Positions 50,889 through 62,837 are shown, numbered from the stretch's first letter. The stretch: 64,000 bases of DNA from an uncultured Microthrixaceae bacterium (GCA_963806205.1 CAWDXF010000004.1:202109-266108); one strand, 5' to 3'. Translations and numbers: made by a program. Notes: generated from the letters alone by a model not told the origin.

Positions 50889-51353
50889 GTGGACGAACCA
50901 GGTAGCGGAGCGGGGCCAGCGGCGGGAATCCCCGCCTACATCGTCGTTGACACTCAGGACCCGGGGAAGATCACACCGTTTTGGTGCGCGCTGCTCGGTG
51001 TCGGAGTGTTCCAAGACCGCGACAACGGCAAGTACGTCACGTTGGAGCCGTCGCCGAAGCTGCCTGGGTCCATGATGTTGACGTTTCAGCATGTGCCCGA
51101 ACCCAAAGCAGCGAAGAACCGGGTCCACGTCGACGTGTTCGTCTTTGACCTCGACGAGGCAACCGCTCAGGTCGAGGCGCTCGGCGGGCAGTGGGCCGAG
51201 CCGAAGGTGACGCTGCAGGACGGCAGCTGGATCTCGCGAATCGCGGTTGACCCTGAGGGCAACGAGTTCTGCATCTGCTTGGCACCATCGAGGATGAAGG
51301 CTTGGCGAGCAAGTACCGACGAGACGGTGGTACACAACCCAGGCAAGTACTGA
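50889..51353 (+). CDS. VOC/glyoxalase family protein
   Basis: FWCALLG, FQHVPEPK.AKNRVHVD, DPEGNEFC; GGAGGA RBS before GTG 50889. Confidence 0.9.
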   Translation: MDEPGSGAGPAAGIPAYIVVDTQDPGKITPFWCALLGVGVFQDRDNGKYVTLEPSPKLPGSMMLTFQHVPEPKAAKNRVHVDVFVFDLDEATAQVEALGGQWAEPKVTLQDGSWISRIAVDPEGNEFCICLAPSRMKAWRASTDETVVHNPGKY

Positions 51354-51450
51354 CGCAGCTGGGCGTGAGCTCTCCGGTCACTTCGCGTCGCTAGGCGAGA
51401 GAACGTGAGCCATGAACGAGAAAGGTGGCTCCATTGGAGTCACCTTCCGA

Positions 51451-51463
51451 GTGTCGGAGGACC
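51451..51463 (-). repeat. Short copy of the tRNA-Leu 3' end (att-like site 3)
   Basis: GTGTCGGAGGACC: 10 nt identical to the tRNA end, 12/13 to site 2; lies before the likely ATG of the next gene. Confidence 0.45.
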
Positions 51464-51508
51464 AAACCGCAGGTTCTCGTACCGGCCACTGGCGGCTCGG
51501 ACCGTGAC

Positions 51509-51835
51509 ATGCTTGCCCGCGTGGCGGCGTCCTACGACGAGTTCGCAGCTGAGCACCGGGCCGAGCATGGCTCCGCCTTCATTCGATGGGCGACCGTCGC
51601 CGGCAACTACTCGAACATCCCCACCGCAATCGCTCTGCTCGTGGGTCGACCGCGGGCCGCTGCTGCGATCTTCGGGATCGGGACGGCAGCCCTTGTGGTG
51701 GGCCACGCCGTGGAGGGCAACCTCCCCCGGGCGGGCCGCGACCTTGCACGCCATCCGATCTGGAGTGTGCGAGCCGATGTTGCGGTGGCCAACGAGACAC
51801 TGAGGGCAGCCCTGGCTCCTTCTCGGGCGATCTAG
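51509..51835 (+). CDS. DUF962/Mpo1-like small membrane protein
   Basis: SYDEF...EH...RW; VGHAVEGNLP...HPIWSVRAD. Confidence 0.7.
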   Translation: MLARVAASYDEFAAEHRAEHGSAFIRWATVAGNYSNIPTAIALLVGRPRAAAAIFGIGTAALVVGHAVEGNLPRAGRDLARHPIWSVRADVAVANETLRAALAPSRAI

Positions 51836-51874
51836 CGGCGCAGGAGGCCCACAGATCGCCCCAGAACGCAGAAC

Positions 51875-51893
51875 GCCCGGCACTGGGCCGGGC
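51875..51893 (-). terminator. Hairpin 3' of tRNA-Leu (possible terminator)
   Basis: GCCCGGC-actgg-GCCGGGC followed by GTTCTGCGTTCT on the minus strand. Confidence 0.5.
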
Positions 51894-51942
51894 TTCGAAC
51901 GGTTCATCTCCGCCGCTTTCGACTGAACCGGGCCTGACTGCG

Positions 51943-52026
<84 letters not shown>

Positions 52027-52056
52027 GTGGCCGCGGACCCGGAAGGGACGAGCAAC

Positions 52057-53708
52057 CTACCACGCTCGAGGCCGTACGTCGACGCCAGACGTACGGCGGC
52101 CAGTCCACGGTGCCGTCGACGGCGTGGGCGAGGCGCGGCACGCGGGCGGCCACGACCACCTGGGTGCGGAACTGCGCGATCGGGACGACGACGGCGTCGT
52201 CGAGCACGACGCGCTCGGCCGCGGCCCACCGCTCGGCCCGCGGCCGCCGGGTCGGCGGAGGCGCGGGCCTCGGCCAGCGAGGCGTCGACCTCGGCGAGCG
52301 CAGGCCGACGAGGTTGTCGGGCGAGGCCGACCGGAACAGCGGGGCGAGGTAGGCGTCCGGCGATGCGGTAGCCACCGATCCACCCGAAGCGTGAACAGCT
52401 GCTGGCCGCCCGAGACGACGAAGCGCTGGTGGTCCTCGAGCGGCAGCGGGCCGGGCCACCGTCGGGATGCCGACCGACCCGAGGCTGCTCGGCCACGATG
52501 GCGGCCATCGGCCTCCTGGGCCGGCGAGGCTCGTAGTCGATGGCGACCTGCGGCACGGCCGTCCGGGAAGGCTTCCGCCAGGAGCCGGCGGGCCCGGCCG
52601 GGTCGTGGCCGCACGCGGTGCAAGGCTCGGTGCGGCGGTCCGGCGACCCCGGCGGGCACCACCGCGTCCAGCGGGTCGGCGAGGTCCGGGTACACCGCCC
52701 GCACGATCGCCCCGCGGATCGATGGCCGCCGCGATGGCCTCGCCGAAGCTCCGGTTCGGCGAGGGCGGGTCCGTCGCTGCGCAGCCCGAGGAACAGCTCG
52801 GCCTGGAAGGGCGCGAAGGCGTCGGCGCCGTAGCTCGTCCACCGCGGCCGCCGAACCGGTCGGCGGGCACGGGGGCCCAGTCGACGTCGCCGTCCTCGAA
52901 CGCGTCGTAGGCCGCCGCCCGGTCCGCGTACGGCGCGGAGCTCGACGCCGTCGAGGTGCGCGAGCGCTGCCCGTCCGGCGGACCAGCGACAGGCGGCCCG
53001 TCCGCGTCGGCGCCGTCGACGGGCCAGCCCCGGTGAGGTCGAGGCTCGGCGGGTCGCCACCGTCGGGCGCCGGTGCGGCCGCGCACGTCGATCACGCCGT
53101 AGGCCGGTGCGGCGAGGAGCTCGGGGAGCGACGCCAGCGGCGACGTCGAGCGCGACCTCGACCGTGGTGGCGTCGACGCGCCCGCAGCCCGGCGACGTCC
53201 GGCGCGGTGCCGTCGAGGTAGGCGCGGAAGCCGACGACCGACCTCCAGCCGGAGGGCCGCGAGCGAGGCGTCGCCCGCCGGCGATCCGTGCTCGAGCGAG
53301 GCCACGACGTCGGCGGCGGTGACCGGGCGGCCGCTCGAGAAGGTGGCCTCCGGGTCGAGGGCGAAGCGCCACGTCTGGAGCTGCGCGTCCGGGGTCCACG
53401 AGGCCGCCAGCCGCCGGCTGCGCCCGACCGTCCGCGTCGAGCTCGGTGAGCCCGTCGTGCAGGAGGTCGAGGACCATCAGGTCGCTCGGCGTGGCCGGCG
53501 AGGCGAGCGCTGGGTCGACGCACGATCGGGCCGCCGCAGCGCCAGGCGGACCGTGCCGCCCTCCGACGGCGGCGGTCCTCGCTCCGGTGCCCGGCCGCCC
53601 GCTGTCGTCGTCGTCGCTGCACGGCGGCCAGGCGGCCCGGCCGCCAGCGACCAGGGCCAGCGACGGCCGGCAGCGCCGCGGGAGCCGGCGCTCCCGCCGG
53701 CGGGTCAA
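52057..53708 (-). CDS. Family-5 ABC transporter substrate-binding lipoprotein, heavily frameshifted
   Basis: CSDDDD lipoprotein start, VDPALA...LHDGLTELD, SPDAYLAPLFRS.SPDN, AERVVLDDAVVVPI across frames; ends approximate. Confidence 0.7.
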
Positions 53709-53936
53709 TCCAGGAGGAAGGCCAGGCCGGTGGTGGTGAAGACGAAGATCAGCGCCACGACGACCGTGATGCGGTCGAGGTTGCGCTCGGCCGCCGCCGA
53801 GCCGAGGGCCGTGGCGCCCACGCTGCCGCCGAACATGTCCGACAGGCCGCCGCCCTTGCCGCTGTGGAGCAGCACGAGGCCGATCAGCAGCGCCGACGAC
53901 GACGAGGTGGATGCCGAGGACGATGTTGGTGAGCAC
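53705..53936 (-). CDS. secG: Preprotein translocase subunit SecG, one frameshift near 53895
   Basis: [21 protein letters not shown]...[11 protein letters not shown]. Confidence 0.9.
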
Positions 53937-53969
53937 GGCGTACGAGGCTACAGCGGGCCCCAGCCGCGG

Positions 53970-55003
53970 TCAGATGACCTCGCGGACCGCGGCGAAGTGG
54001 CAGGCCACCGGGTGCCCGACCGCCGCGGGCTCGAGCGGGGGCTCCACCTCGGAGCACGCCGACGTGTCGCTGCCGGCCGCCTCCAGCTCCTGCTTGCTGC
54101 CAGCAGCGGGTGCGGAACCGGCAGCCCGACGGCGGGTCGGCCGGGCTAGGGCACGTCGCCCTGCAGGAGGATCCGCTCCCGGGCCTGCTCGCAGCTGCGG
54201 GTCGGGCAGCGGGCACGGCCGACAGCAGGGCCTGGGTGTAGGGGTGGCCCGGCCTGATCGTAGATCTCGTCGCGGGTGCCCTCCTCGACGATCTTGCCGA
54301 GGTACATCACCGCCACCCGGTCGGAGATGTGGCGCACCACCGACAGGTCGTGGGCGATGAACACGTAGGCCAGGCCGAGCGTGTCCTGGAGCAGCTCGAG
54401 CAGGTTGACGACGCCGGCCTGGATCGACACGTCGAGGGCCGACACCGGCTCGTCGAGCACGATCAGCTCCGGCTCGAGCGCGAGGGCCCGGGCGATGCCG
54501 ACGCGCTGGCGCTGGCCGCCGGAGAACTCGTGCGGGAAGCGGTTGGCGTGCTCGGGGGACAGGCCCACCGATGGTGAGCAGCTCGCTGGACCCGCGCGTC
54601 GGTCGGCCGCGCCGCTTCCACCCGAAGTGGACCTTGAGCGGCTCGGCCAGGGTGGCGCCGACGGTCATCCGCGGGTTGAGCGACGCGTACGGGTCCTGGA
54701 AGACGATCTGGAAGCGCCGCCGCATCCTGGCGCGAGCGCCTTGCCCCGCAGCTCGTCGAGGCGACTGCCCGTCGAAGTGCACCTCGCCCGGCGGTCGGGC
54801 GTGATCAGGTCGAGCAGCAGGCGGCCGGTGGTGGACTTGCCGCAGCCCGACTCCCCCACCAGGCCCAGGGTCTCGCCCCGGCTGCACCTCGAGGGACACG
54901 CCGGCGACGGCGGACACCGAGCCGACCGGTGCGTCCGAGCACGCCGCCGCGGATGGGGAAGTCCTTGACCAGGTCGCTGGCCACGAGCAGCGGCGTCGGT
55001 CAC
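53970..55003 (-). CDS. Oligopeptide/dipeptide ABC ATP-binding protein (OppF/DppF-like), frameshifted
   Basis: [46 protein letters not shown]. Confidence 0.85.
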
Positions 55004-56110
55004 GTCGTGACCGTCACGGCTCGATCACCGCCTCACCGCGGCCACGGCAGCTCGACCGGTCGTCGACGTCGACGGCCCGCAGCGACTCGACGCGACACCT
55101 CGGCCAGGTCCTCGGCGTAGTGGCAGGCGGCGCGGTGGGCGTCGCCGGTCACGAGCCGCAGCGGCGGGACCTCCGCGTCGCACAGGCCCGGGCACGCGGG
55201 CGAAGCGGCAGCGCGGGTGGAACGCGCAGCCGGACGGCAGGTGGATCAGCGACGGCGGCGAGCCCTGGATCGGGCACGAGCGGCTCGTCGCCGGTGTCGT
55301 CGAGGCGGGGCAGGCTGGCCAGCAGGCCGAGCGTGTAGGGGTGCCGGGTCTCGTAGAAGATCTCCTCGGTGGTGCCGATCTCCACCTGGCGGCCGGCGTA
55401 CATCACCATCACCTGGTCGGCGAGGCCGGCCACCACGCCGAGGTCGTGGGTGATGAGGATGATCGCCGAGTCGATCTCGTCCTTGATGCCGATGCAGCAC
55501 CTCGAGCACCTGCGCCTGCACGGTGACGTCGAGGGCGGTGGTGGGCTCGTCGGCGATGAGCAGGTCGGGCTTGCAGGCGATCGCCATGGCGATCATCGCC
55601 CGCTGGCGCATGCCGCCGGAGAACTCGTGGGGGTACATCTTCGCCCGCTTGCGCGGCTCGGGATGCCGACCAGCTCGAGCATCTCGACGGCCCGCTCGAA
55701 GGCCGGCCTGCGCTTGAGCCCCTCGTGGATGCGGGCCATCTCGCCGATCTGGCGGCCCACCGTGTGGACGGGGTTCAGCGCGGTCAGCGGGTCCTGGAAG
55801 ATCATCGCGATCTCGCCGCCCCGCACCTGGCGCCGCTCCTCCTCGCTGATGCGTCAGGAGGTCGCGGCCCTTCCAGAGGATCTCGCCCTCGCCCGACCCC
55901 GAGCGTCGGGCATGCAGGCCGAGGATCGCCATCGCGGTGACCGACTTGCCCGAGCCCGACTCGCCCACGATCGCGAACACCTCGCCGCGGTGGACGTCGA
56001 ACGACACGCCGTCGACGGCGTGCACGACGCCGTCGTCGGTGTTGAACCCGGCCTCGAGGCCGCGCACCGACAGGAGGACCTCGCGACCGGCGGACGGCGA
56101 GCGGGCTCAC
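55000..56110 (-). CDS. Oligopeptide/dipeptide ABC ATP-binding protein (OppD/DppD-like), frameshifted
   Basis: [49 protein letters not shown]; end approximate. Confidence 0.85.
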
Positions 56111-57038
56111 TTGAGCTTCGGGTCCAGGGCGTCGCGGAGGCCGTCGCCCGATGAACACGAGCGCGAGGACGGTGAGGAAGATGGCGCCGCCGGGGAAGAA
56201 CAGCAGGTGCGGCGCCGGTGGCCAGCGGCGCCTTGCCGTCGCGCGACCATCAGGCCCCACGCCGGGGTCGGGTCCTGCGGGCCGACGCCGAGGAAGGACA
56301 GCGCGGCCTCGGCGAGGATCACCGAGCCGACCGCGATCGTGCCGTAGACGATGATCGGCTGCAGCGCGTTGGGGAGCATGTGGCGGAACATGATCCGCCG
56401 GCGCGAGTAGCCGAGCGCGCGGGCCGCCTCCACGTACTCGAGCTGCTTGAGCGCCGAGGAAGCTCGCCCGCACGATGCGGCAGATGCCCAGCCAGCCGGT
56501 GAGGCCGAGCACGAGGATCACGGTGTTCTCGCTCCGCCCGAGCAGCGGCGGCGATGGCGACCGCCAGGACGATGTACGGGATGGCCAGGAACACGTCGGT
56601 GAGGCGCATGATGAGCGTGTCGAGGATCCCGCCGAAGAACCCGGCGACCGCGCCGAGGAGCAGGCCGATCGACGAGCGGAGATCAACGTGGCCGTCAGGC
56701 CGATCTTGAGCGACACGCGGGCGCCGTAGATCACGCGGCTGAAGACGTCGCGCCCGATCGTGTCGGTGCCGAACCAGTGGTCGCGCCGACGGGCCCTCGC
56801 GGAACTGCCCGGTGGCGCGGTCGGTGATGCTGTACGGCGCGATGAGCGGGGCGAGGATGGCGGCCAGCCGCGAGCAGGACGATGAACGCCAGCCCGACCA
56901 TCGCCGCGCTGGTTCCGGCGGAAGCGGCGCCAGACGTCGCTCCGCAGCGGGCGAGCGGGCACGCCGAGGCTGTCCAGCGCCGCCGGGCTCGACGACCTCG
57001 AGCGCGGTCGACGGCCCGACGCTCTCGGTCGACGTCAT
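56107..57038 (-). CDS. Oligopeptide ABC permease (OppC/DppC-like), frameshifted
   Basis: [46 protein letters not shown]. Confidence 0.85.
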
Positions 57039-58047
57039 CGACGCACCCCGCTTCCCGAGCCGGATCCGTGGGTCGAACCAGGCGTAGGACAGGTCGACGA
57101 GCAGGTTGATCACGGAGTAGGCGATCACGACAGCGAGCGTGAGGCCGAGGGTCACGGGCAGGTCGCGGTCGATGATGGAGTCCGGCGATCGCCGACCCGA
57201 GCCCCGGCCAGGAGAACGGTGTTCTCGGTGAGGATGGCGGCGCCGATGACCGTGCCGAAGTCGATGCCGATGAGGGTGACGACCGGGAGCATGGCGTTGC
57301 GCAGCCCGTGCCGGGCCACCACGTCCCGCTCGCGCAGGCCCTTGGCCCGCGCCGTCCGCATGTAGTCGGCCCGCAGGACCTCGAGCATCGAGCCGCGGGT
57401 CATGCGGGCGGCAAGCGCCGTGGACACGGACGCCAGCGTCACCGCCGGGAGGACAGGTAGCGCCACTGCTCGCCGGTCGGGATGAAGAAGAACGTCCACG
57501 TGTCCGGGCCGAGCTGCGACGTCCGCAGCCGGGCCCACTCCGGCCAGTCGTGCTGGTTCGGGAGCGACCGCGAACCCGTACTGGAGGAGGAACCCGAGCA
57601 CGAAGACCGGGATGGCGGACGCCCCCGCCGTGACGACCGTGGTCAACCGATCGGTGAGCGAGTACCGCCGGATGGCGGCCACCAACCCGACCGCGATGCC
57701 CGACGATGATCTCGATGATGATCGCCCAGATCCCGAGCCGCAGGCTGTTGACCGCCCGCTCGCCCAGGATCTCGTTCACGCTGCGGCGGTTCAGGTACGA
57801 GTCGCCGAGGTCCCAGGTGATCGTGCGCTTCCAGTAGTTGCCGAACTGCACCGGCAGCGGGTCGTCGAGGCCGTAGCGCTCCTCGATGCGCTCGAGCACC
57901 CCCGGGTCGATGGTCCGGTCGCCCCCGCCCGCGATGAGGTTGACGGGGTCCCCCGGCAGCGTGAAGAAGAGGAGGAAGAGGAACGACAGCGCGAGGAAGA
58001 CCGTCGGGAACGATGAGGAGGAGGCGACGGATCGCGTAGCTCGTCAT
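57035..58047 (-). CDS. Oligopeptide ABC permease (OppB/DppB-like), frameshifted
   Basis: YAIRRLL, YGLDDPLPVQF, DYMRTARAKGL, HGLRNA, DLSYAWFDPRIR; end approximate. Confidence 0.85.
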
Positions 58048-58090
58048 CCTGCGACTCCGGGTCGCCGTGCGTCCCTCCGGCTCGTCCGGG

Positions 58091-59780
58091 CTAGGCCTTC
58101 AGCTTGACCTGCTCCCACAGGATGAGGCCGAGCGGGGTCACGGGGAACTCCGCGACGGTGTCCTCGCTGTAGACGTAGTCGAGCGCGTAGTAGAGGTACG
58201 GGATCACCCCGATGTCCTGGTTGAGCAGGATGTCCTCGGCGTCGTGGTACAGCCTCGCTGCCTCGGCCTCGTCGATGCGTCGCCTTGGCCTGGTCGATCA
58301 GGGAGTCGAACTCCGGGTTCGAGTAGGGGCCGTGGTTGTTGCCACCGATCGCCTCGGTGTGGAACAGGTCGAAGGTGAAGTTGTCCGCCGTCGGGTAGTC
58401 GGCGAACCAGCCGGACCGGCAGATGACGCAGGCCCCGTCGGCCAGCTGGGTGAAGTAGGTCTCGTCGGGCAGCGGATCGGCCACCGCGTCGATGCCGACC
58501 GCCTTCAGGTTGTCGACGATGATCTGCACCACCGGCTCGTGGCCCGCGTCGGCGTTGAGCTGGATCTTGATGGGCTCGTCGAGCGAGTGGCCTGCGGCCT
58601 TCCACTCCTCGAAGGCGGCCGTGGCGGCCTCCGGGTCGTACTTGCAGAACTCGCAGATGCCCGCGCGTGGAGCCCGGGATGCCCGGCGGGATGACCGAGG
58701 TCGCCACCTCGTTCGTGCCGTCGTAGATGGCCTGGCCGATCTCCTCGCGGTTGATGGCGAGCATGATCGCCTCGCGGAGCTTCACGTTCTCCGGCCCGCC
58801 GACCACCGGGTCGGTCCCGTTCACCTCGAAGTAGCGGGTGCCGAGCGTCTGGCAGATCGTGTTGGGGTGGTCCTCCTTGGCCGCGCCCCAGCGCCCGGGC
58901 GGGACGGTGGCGTTGTCCGCCTCGCCCGCCTCGAACGCGTTGTAGGACGGTGTCGGGGTCGGCTCTGGGTGACGAACGTGATCTTGTCGAGCCGGTCGTC
59001 CCAGGTATCGCCGTTCTGGTCACCTGCCCACTCGTCGTTCTTGACCAGCACGATCTGCTCGGTGGTGCGGGCTGACTCCATCTTGAAGGGCCCGTTGCCC
59101 ACCATCACCCCGTTCTCCCAGTCGTTCTGGTTCGCGAGGTCGCTGACGGCCGTGGGCATCGGGTAGAAGAGCTGGAAGCCCGCCACGGTCGGCCAGTTGG
59201 CGTACGGGGCGGAGAGCTTCGTGGTGAGCGTCATGGCGGCGTCGTCCGCCGTCACGCCGCTGATCGTGTCGGCGTCGCCGGCCACCTTCTCCTTGCCGCC
59301 TTCGAGGAAGTTGAAGAGGTAGCTGTAGTCGCCGGCGAAGTCCGGATCCGAACCCCGCTCCCAGGCGAGCTGGAACGAGCTCGGGAGCAACGGGGTGCCG
59401 TCGGAGAACTTGAGGCCGTCCTTGATCTTGAAGACCCACTCGGTGGCGTCGGCGTTCGACTCCCAGGACTCGGCGACAAGGGGCTTGAGCGCCGGGTTCT
59501 CCGGATCGGCGAAGTCCAGCTCGGTCAGGCCGTCGTAGATCGCGTTGGTGATCTGGAAGCCGTCCAGCGTCGTGTTGAGCGCGGGATCGATGTGCTCGAG
59601 GGGACTTCCCACGACGGTCCCGTAGTCGACGAACTCCCCGCCCGCCCTCGTCTCGGATGACTCTTCGCTCGAGTCGGTTCCCTCGGACCCGCTGTCGTCG
59701 TCGTCACCGCACGCGGCGGCGAGCAGCGACATGCTCAGGACGAGGGCGAGGAGCTGCAGGCTCCGGCGCTTCAGTCTCAC
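58091..59780 (-). CDS. Oligopeptide ABC substrate-binding lipoprotein (OppA/DppA-like), frameshifted
   Basis: LAAAC lipobox, IYDGL, KFSDG, GNGPF, GWFADYP, YSNPEFD. Confidence 0.88.
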
Positions 59781-59885
59781 CGTGGTGGACCCCCTATGTG
59801 TCGGACAGGCGACCCGCCTGAGGCCAACGACGGCCCCCCGACCTGGCGGTCGCGGACCGTACCAGGGTTGTTCACCGTCCGTTCG

Positions 59886-60665
59886 CTAGAGGCGGTACTG
59901 CACGATGCGGGCGAAGTCCTCCGCTTCGAGGCTCGCGCCGCCGACCAGCGCGCCGTCGATGTCGGGCTGCGCCATCAGCTCTGCCGCGTTGCCCGGCTTC
60001 ACCGACCCTCCGTACTGCACGCGCACGCTCTCCGCCGCCCCTGCACCGAAGCGCTCCCCCACCACCGTGCGCACCAGCGCGCACACGGCCTGCGCGTCCT
60101 CGGCGCTCGCGGTGCGCCCGGTGCCGATCGCCCAGATGGGCTCGTAGGCGATCACGAGGTCCGCCACATGGTCGGCCTTCAGCCCGGCCAGCCCGGCCTC
60201 CACCTGGCCGCGGACCTTCGCCTCGGTCTGGTCGGCCTCGCGCTCCTCGAGCGTCTCGCCGCAGCACATGATCGGGGTCATCCCCGCTGCGAAGACGGCC
60301 GCCACCTTCCGCTGCACGTCCTCGTCGGTCTCGCCGAACAGCTCCCGCCGCTCGGAGTGGCCCGCGATCACGTACCGCACCTCGAGCTTGGCCAGCATCG
60401 CGGGGGCGACCTCGCCGGTGAAGGCGCCCTTCTCCTCCCAGTGGCAGTGCTGGGCGCCGAGGAGCATCGGGATCGGCTCCTTCTCGCTGATGAAGTAGGT
60501 CTGCACCGTGCGCAGGTCGGTGAAGGGCGGGTGCACCGACACGTCGACCGCCTCGTAGTCCTCTGCGGTCAGCAGGTAGCTGAGCTTCTGCACCAGCTGG
60601 AGGGCCTCGAAGTGGTTGTGGTGCATCTTCCAGTTGCCGCTGATCAGCGGCTTGCGATCGCTCAT
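59886..60665 (-). CDS. tpiA: Triosephosphate isomerase
   Basis: GNWKM, GHSERR, AYEPIWAIGTG, YGGSV, LVGGASL. Confidence 0.98.
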   Translation of the reverse strand: MSDRKPLISGNWKMHHNHFEALQLVQKLSYLLTAEDYEAVDVSVHPPFTDLRTVQTYFISEKEPIPMLLGAQHCHWEEKGAFTGEVAPAMLAKLEVRYVIAGHSERRELFGETDEDVQRKVAAVFAAGMTPIMCCGETLEEREADQTEAKVRGQVEAGLAGLKADHVADLVIAYEPIWAIGTGRTASAEDAQAVCALVRTVVGERFGAGAAESVRVQYGGSVKPGNAAELMAQPDIDGALVGGASLEAEDFARIVQYRL

Positions 60666-61786
60666 GGCGCCCAGTCTCCTCGTAGTGCCGCCAGGCCGGG
60701 GAGGTCGCCCTGCTCGAGGAGCTCGAGGGAGGCGCCGCCGCCGGTGCTGATGTGGTCGATGCGCTCGGCCAGGCCGAACTGGGCGACCGCAGCCGCCGAG
60801 TCCCCGCCGCCCACCACGGTGAACGCGTGCGACTCCGCCACGGCCTCCGCCACGGTGCGCGTGCCGGCCTCGAAGCGCGGGTCCTCGAACACGCCCATCG
60901 GGCCGTTCCAGAACACCGTCCGGGCGTCGAGCACCCGGTCGCCGAAGTCGGCCGCGGAGCCGGGCCCGATGTCGAGGCCCATCCAGCCCTCGGGGACGTC
61001 GACGCCGAGCTGGCGCACGTCGCCACCGGCACCAGGGTCACCGATCTTGCCGCCCGGGCCCAGCGCCGTGAGGTCGCTGGGCAGGCGGATCGCCGCCCCG
61101 GACTCGAGGAGCACCTTGCAGGTGGCCACCTGGTCCTCCTCGCACAGCGACGCGCCGACGTGGTGGCCCTGGGCGGCGAGGAACGTGAAGCACATGCCCC
61201 CGCCGATGAGCAGCTCGTCGGCCACCTGGAGGAGGGCCTCGATGACCTGCAGCTTGTCGCTCACCTTGGAACCGCCGAGCACGGCGACGAAGGGGCGGGT
61301 GGGGTGGTCGCGCAGGCCGAGCAGCACCTCGACCTCGCGGGCGAGCAGCCTCCCTGCCGCGCTGGGCAGGTGCTGGGGCGGGCCGACGATCGACGCGTGG
61401 GCCCGGTGCGACGCGCCGAACGCGTCGTTCACGTATGCGTCGAACCCCTCGACCAGCCGCGCCACGAACGCGGGGTCGTTGCCGGTCTCACCCGGGTCGA
61501 ACCGCAGGTTCTCCAGCAGCTCGACGCCGGGCACCAGCTCGGCCAGGCGGGCGCGGATCGGCGCCACGGAGTAGGCGGGATCGGGCGCGCCCTCGGGCCG
61601 GCCGAAGTGCGTGCACGCGACCACCGTGGCCCCCCGCTCCCGGAGCCAGGAGATCGTCGGCAGGGCTGAGCGGATCCGCAGGTCGTCGGTGATGCGCCCG
61701 TCCTGCACGGGCACGTTGAAGTCGGCTCGGAGGAGGACCCGCCGGCCCTCGAGGGGCGGGAGGTCTTCGAGGACGGGGAGATTCAC
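60662..61786 (-). CDS. pgk: Phosphoglycerate kinase
   Basis: RADFNVP, LENLRF, NDAFG, WNGPMGVFE, GGGDS, ISTGGGASLE. Confidence 0.98.
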   Translation of the reverse strand: MNLPVLEDLPPLEGRRVLLRADFNVPVQDGRITDDLRIRSALPTISWLRERGATVVACTHFGRPEGAPDPAYSVAPIRARLAELVPGVELLENLRFDPGETGNDPAFVARLVEGFDAYVNDAFGASHRAHASIVGPPQHLPSAAGRLLAREVEVLLGLRDHPTRPFVAVLGGSKVSDKLQVIEALLQVADELLIGGGMCFTFLAAQGHHVGASLCEEDQVATCKVLLESGAAIRLPSDLTALGPGGKIGDPGAGGDVRQLGVDVPEGWMGLDIGPGSAADFGDRVLDARTVFWNGPMGVFEDPRFEAGTRTVAEAVAESHAFTVVGGGDSAAAVAQFGLAERIDHISTGGGASLELLEQGDLPGLAALRGDWAP

Positions 61787-62796
61787 CCCTGGTTGGCGGC
61801 GCCGACGATGAGGGCGAGGTCGACCAGGCGGTTCGAGTAGCCCCACTCGTTGTCGTACCAGCCGAGCACCTTGACCATCGAGCCCATCGCCATGGTGAGC
61901 GGCGAGTCGAAGGTGCAGCTCGCGGGCGAGCCCACGATGTCCGAGCTCACGATCGGGTCCTCGTTGTAGACGAGCACCTTGGACAGCGGGCCCGACGCGG
62001 CCGCGGCCCGGAAGGCCTCGTTGACCTCCTCGACCGTGACCTCCTTGCCCAGCACGCCGGTGAAGTCGGTGATCGAGCCGTCCTGCACGGGGACCCGCAG
62101 GGCGGTGCCGTCGAGCCGGCCCTTCATGGACTCCATCACCAGGCTGGTGGCGCGGGCCGCGCCGGTGGACGCGGGCACGATGTTGGTGGCCGCACTGCGG
62201 GCCCGGCGCAGGTCGCTGTGCACGAGGTCGAGCAGGTTCTGGTCGTTCGTGTAGGCGTGGACCGTGGTCATCAGCCCCTTCTCCACACCGAAGGCGTCGT
62301 CCAGCACCTTGATCATCGGCACGAAGCAGTTGGTCGTGCAGCTGGCGTTGGACACGACCGTGTGCTGCGCGGCGTCGAACTGGTCGTCGTTCACGCCGAT
62401 CACGAACGTGGCGTCGGCCCCGGTGGCGGGGGCGGAGATGATGACCCGCGGGGCGCCCGCATCGATGTGGGCCGCCGCCTTGTCGCGGTCCGTGAAGATG
62501 CCGGTCGACTCGATGACCACGTCGACGCCGAGCTCACCCCACGGGAGCGCCTTCGGGTCGCGCTCGGCGAACACGCGGAAGCTGTCGCCGCCCACCGCGA
62601 TCCCGTCGTCGGTGACCTTGACCTCGTCACCCAGGACGCCGTGGGTGCTGTCGTACTTCAGCAGGTGGGCATTGGTCTCGGGCGCCGTGAGGTCGTTGAC
62701 CGCCACCAGGTCGATGTCGGCGCCGGCTCGCTTGGCCGCACGGTAGAAGTTCCGGCCGATGCGGCCGAAGCCGTTGATGCCGACGCGGATGGTCAT
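61783..62796 (-). CDS. gap: Type I glyceraldehyde-3-phosphate dehydrogenase
   Basis: GINGFGRIGR, SNASCTTNC, WYDNEWGYS. Confidence 0.98.
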   Translation of the reverse strand: MTIRVGINGFGRIGRNFYRAAKRAGADIDLVAVNDLTAPETNAHLLKYDSTHGVLGDEVKVTDDGIAVGGDSFRVFAERDPKALPWGELGVDVVIESTGIFTDRDKAAAHIDAGAPRVIISAPATGADATFVIGVNDDQFDAAQHTVVSNASCTTNCFVPMIKVLDDAFGVEKGLMTTVHAYTNDQNLLDLVHSDLRRARSAATNIVPASTGAARATSLVMESMKGRLDGTALRVPVQDGSITDFTGVLGKEVTVEEVNEAFRAAAASGPLSKVLVYNEDPIVSSDIVGSPASCTFDSPLTMAMGSMVKVLGWYDNEWGYSNRLVDLALIVGAANQG

Positions 62797-62837
62797 CGGG
62801 AGGTGCTCCTCAGGGTGGGGGATTCGCTACAGACAGG

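Noticed and set aside
41412..51940. Prophage, ICE or defence island at the tRNA
   Set aside because: No integrase, transposase, phage, conjugation or recognisable defence genes; only small metabolic and surface cargo
56319..57899. Apparent OppB-OppC fusion
   Set aside because: Lies in the most indel-rich stretch; an ATGA-type overlap with a 1-nt error is the simpler explanation
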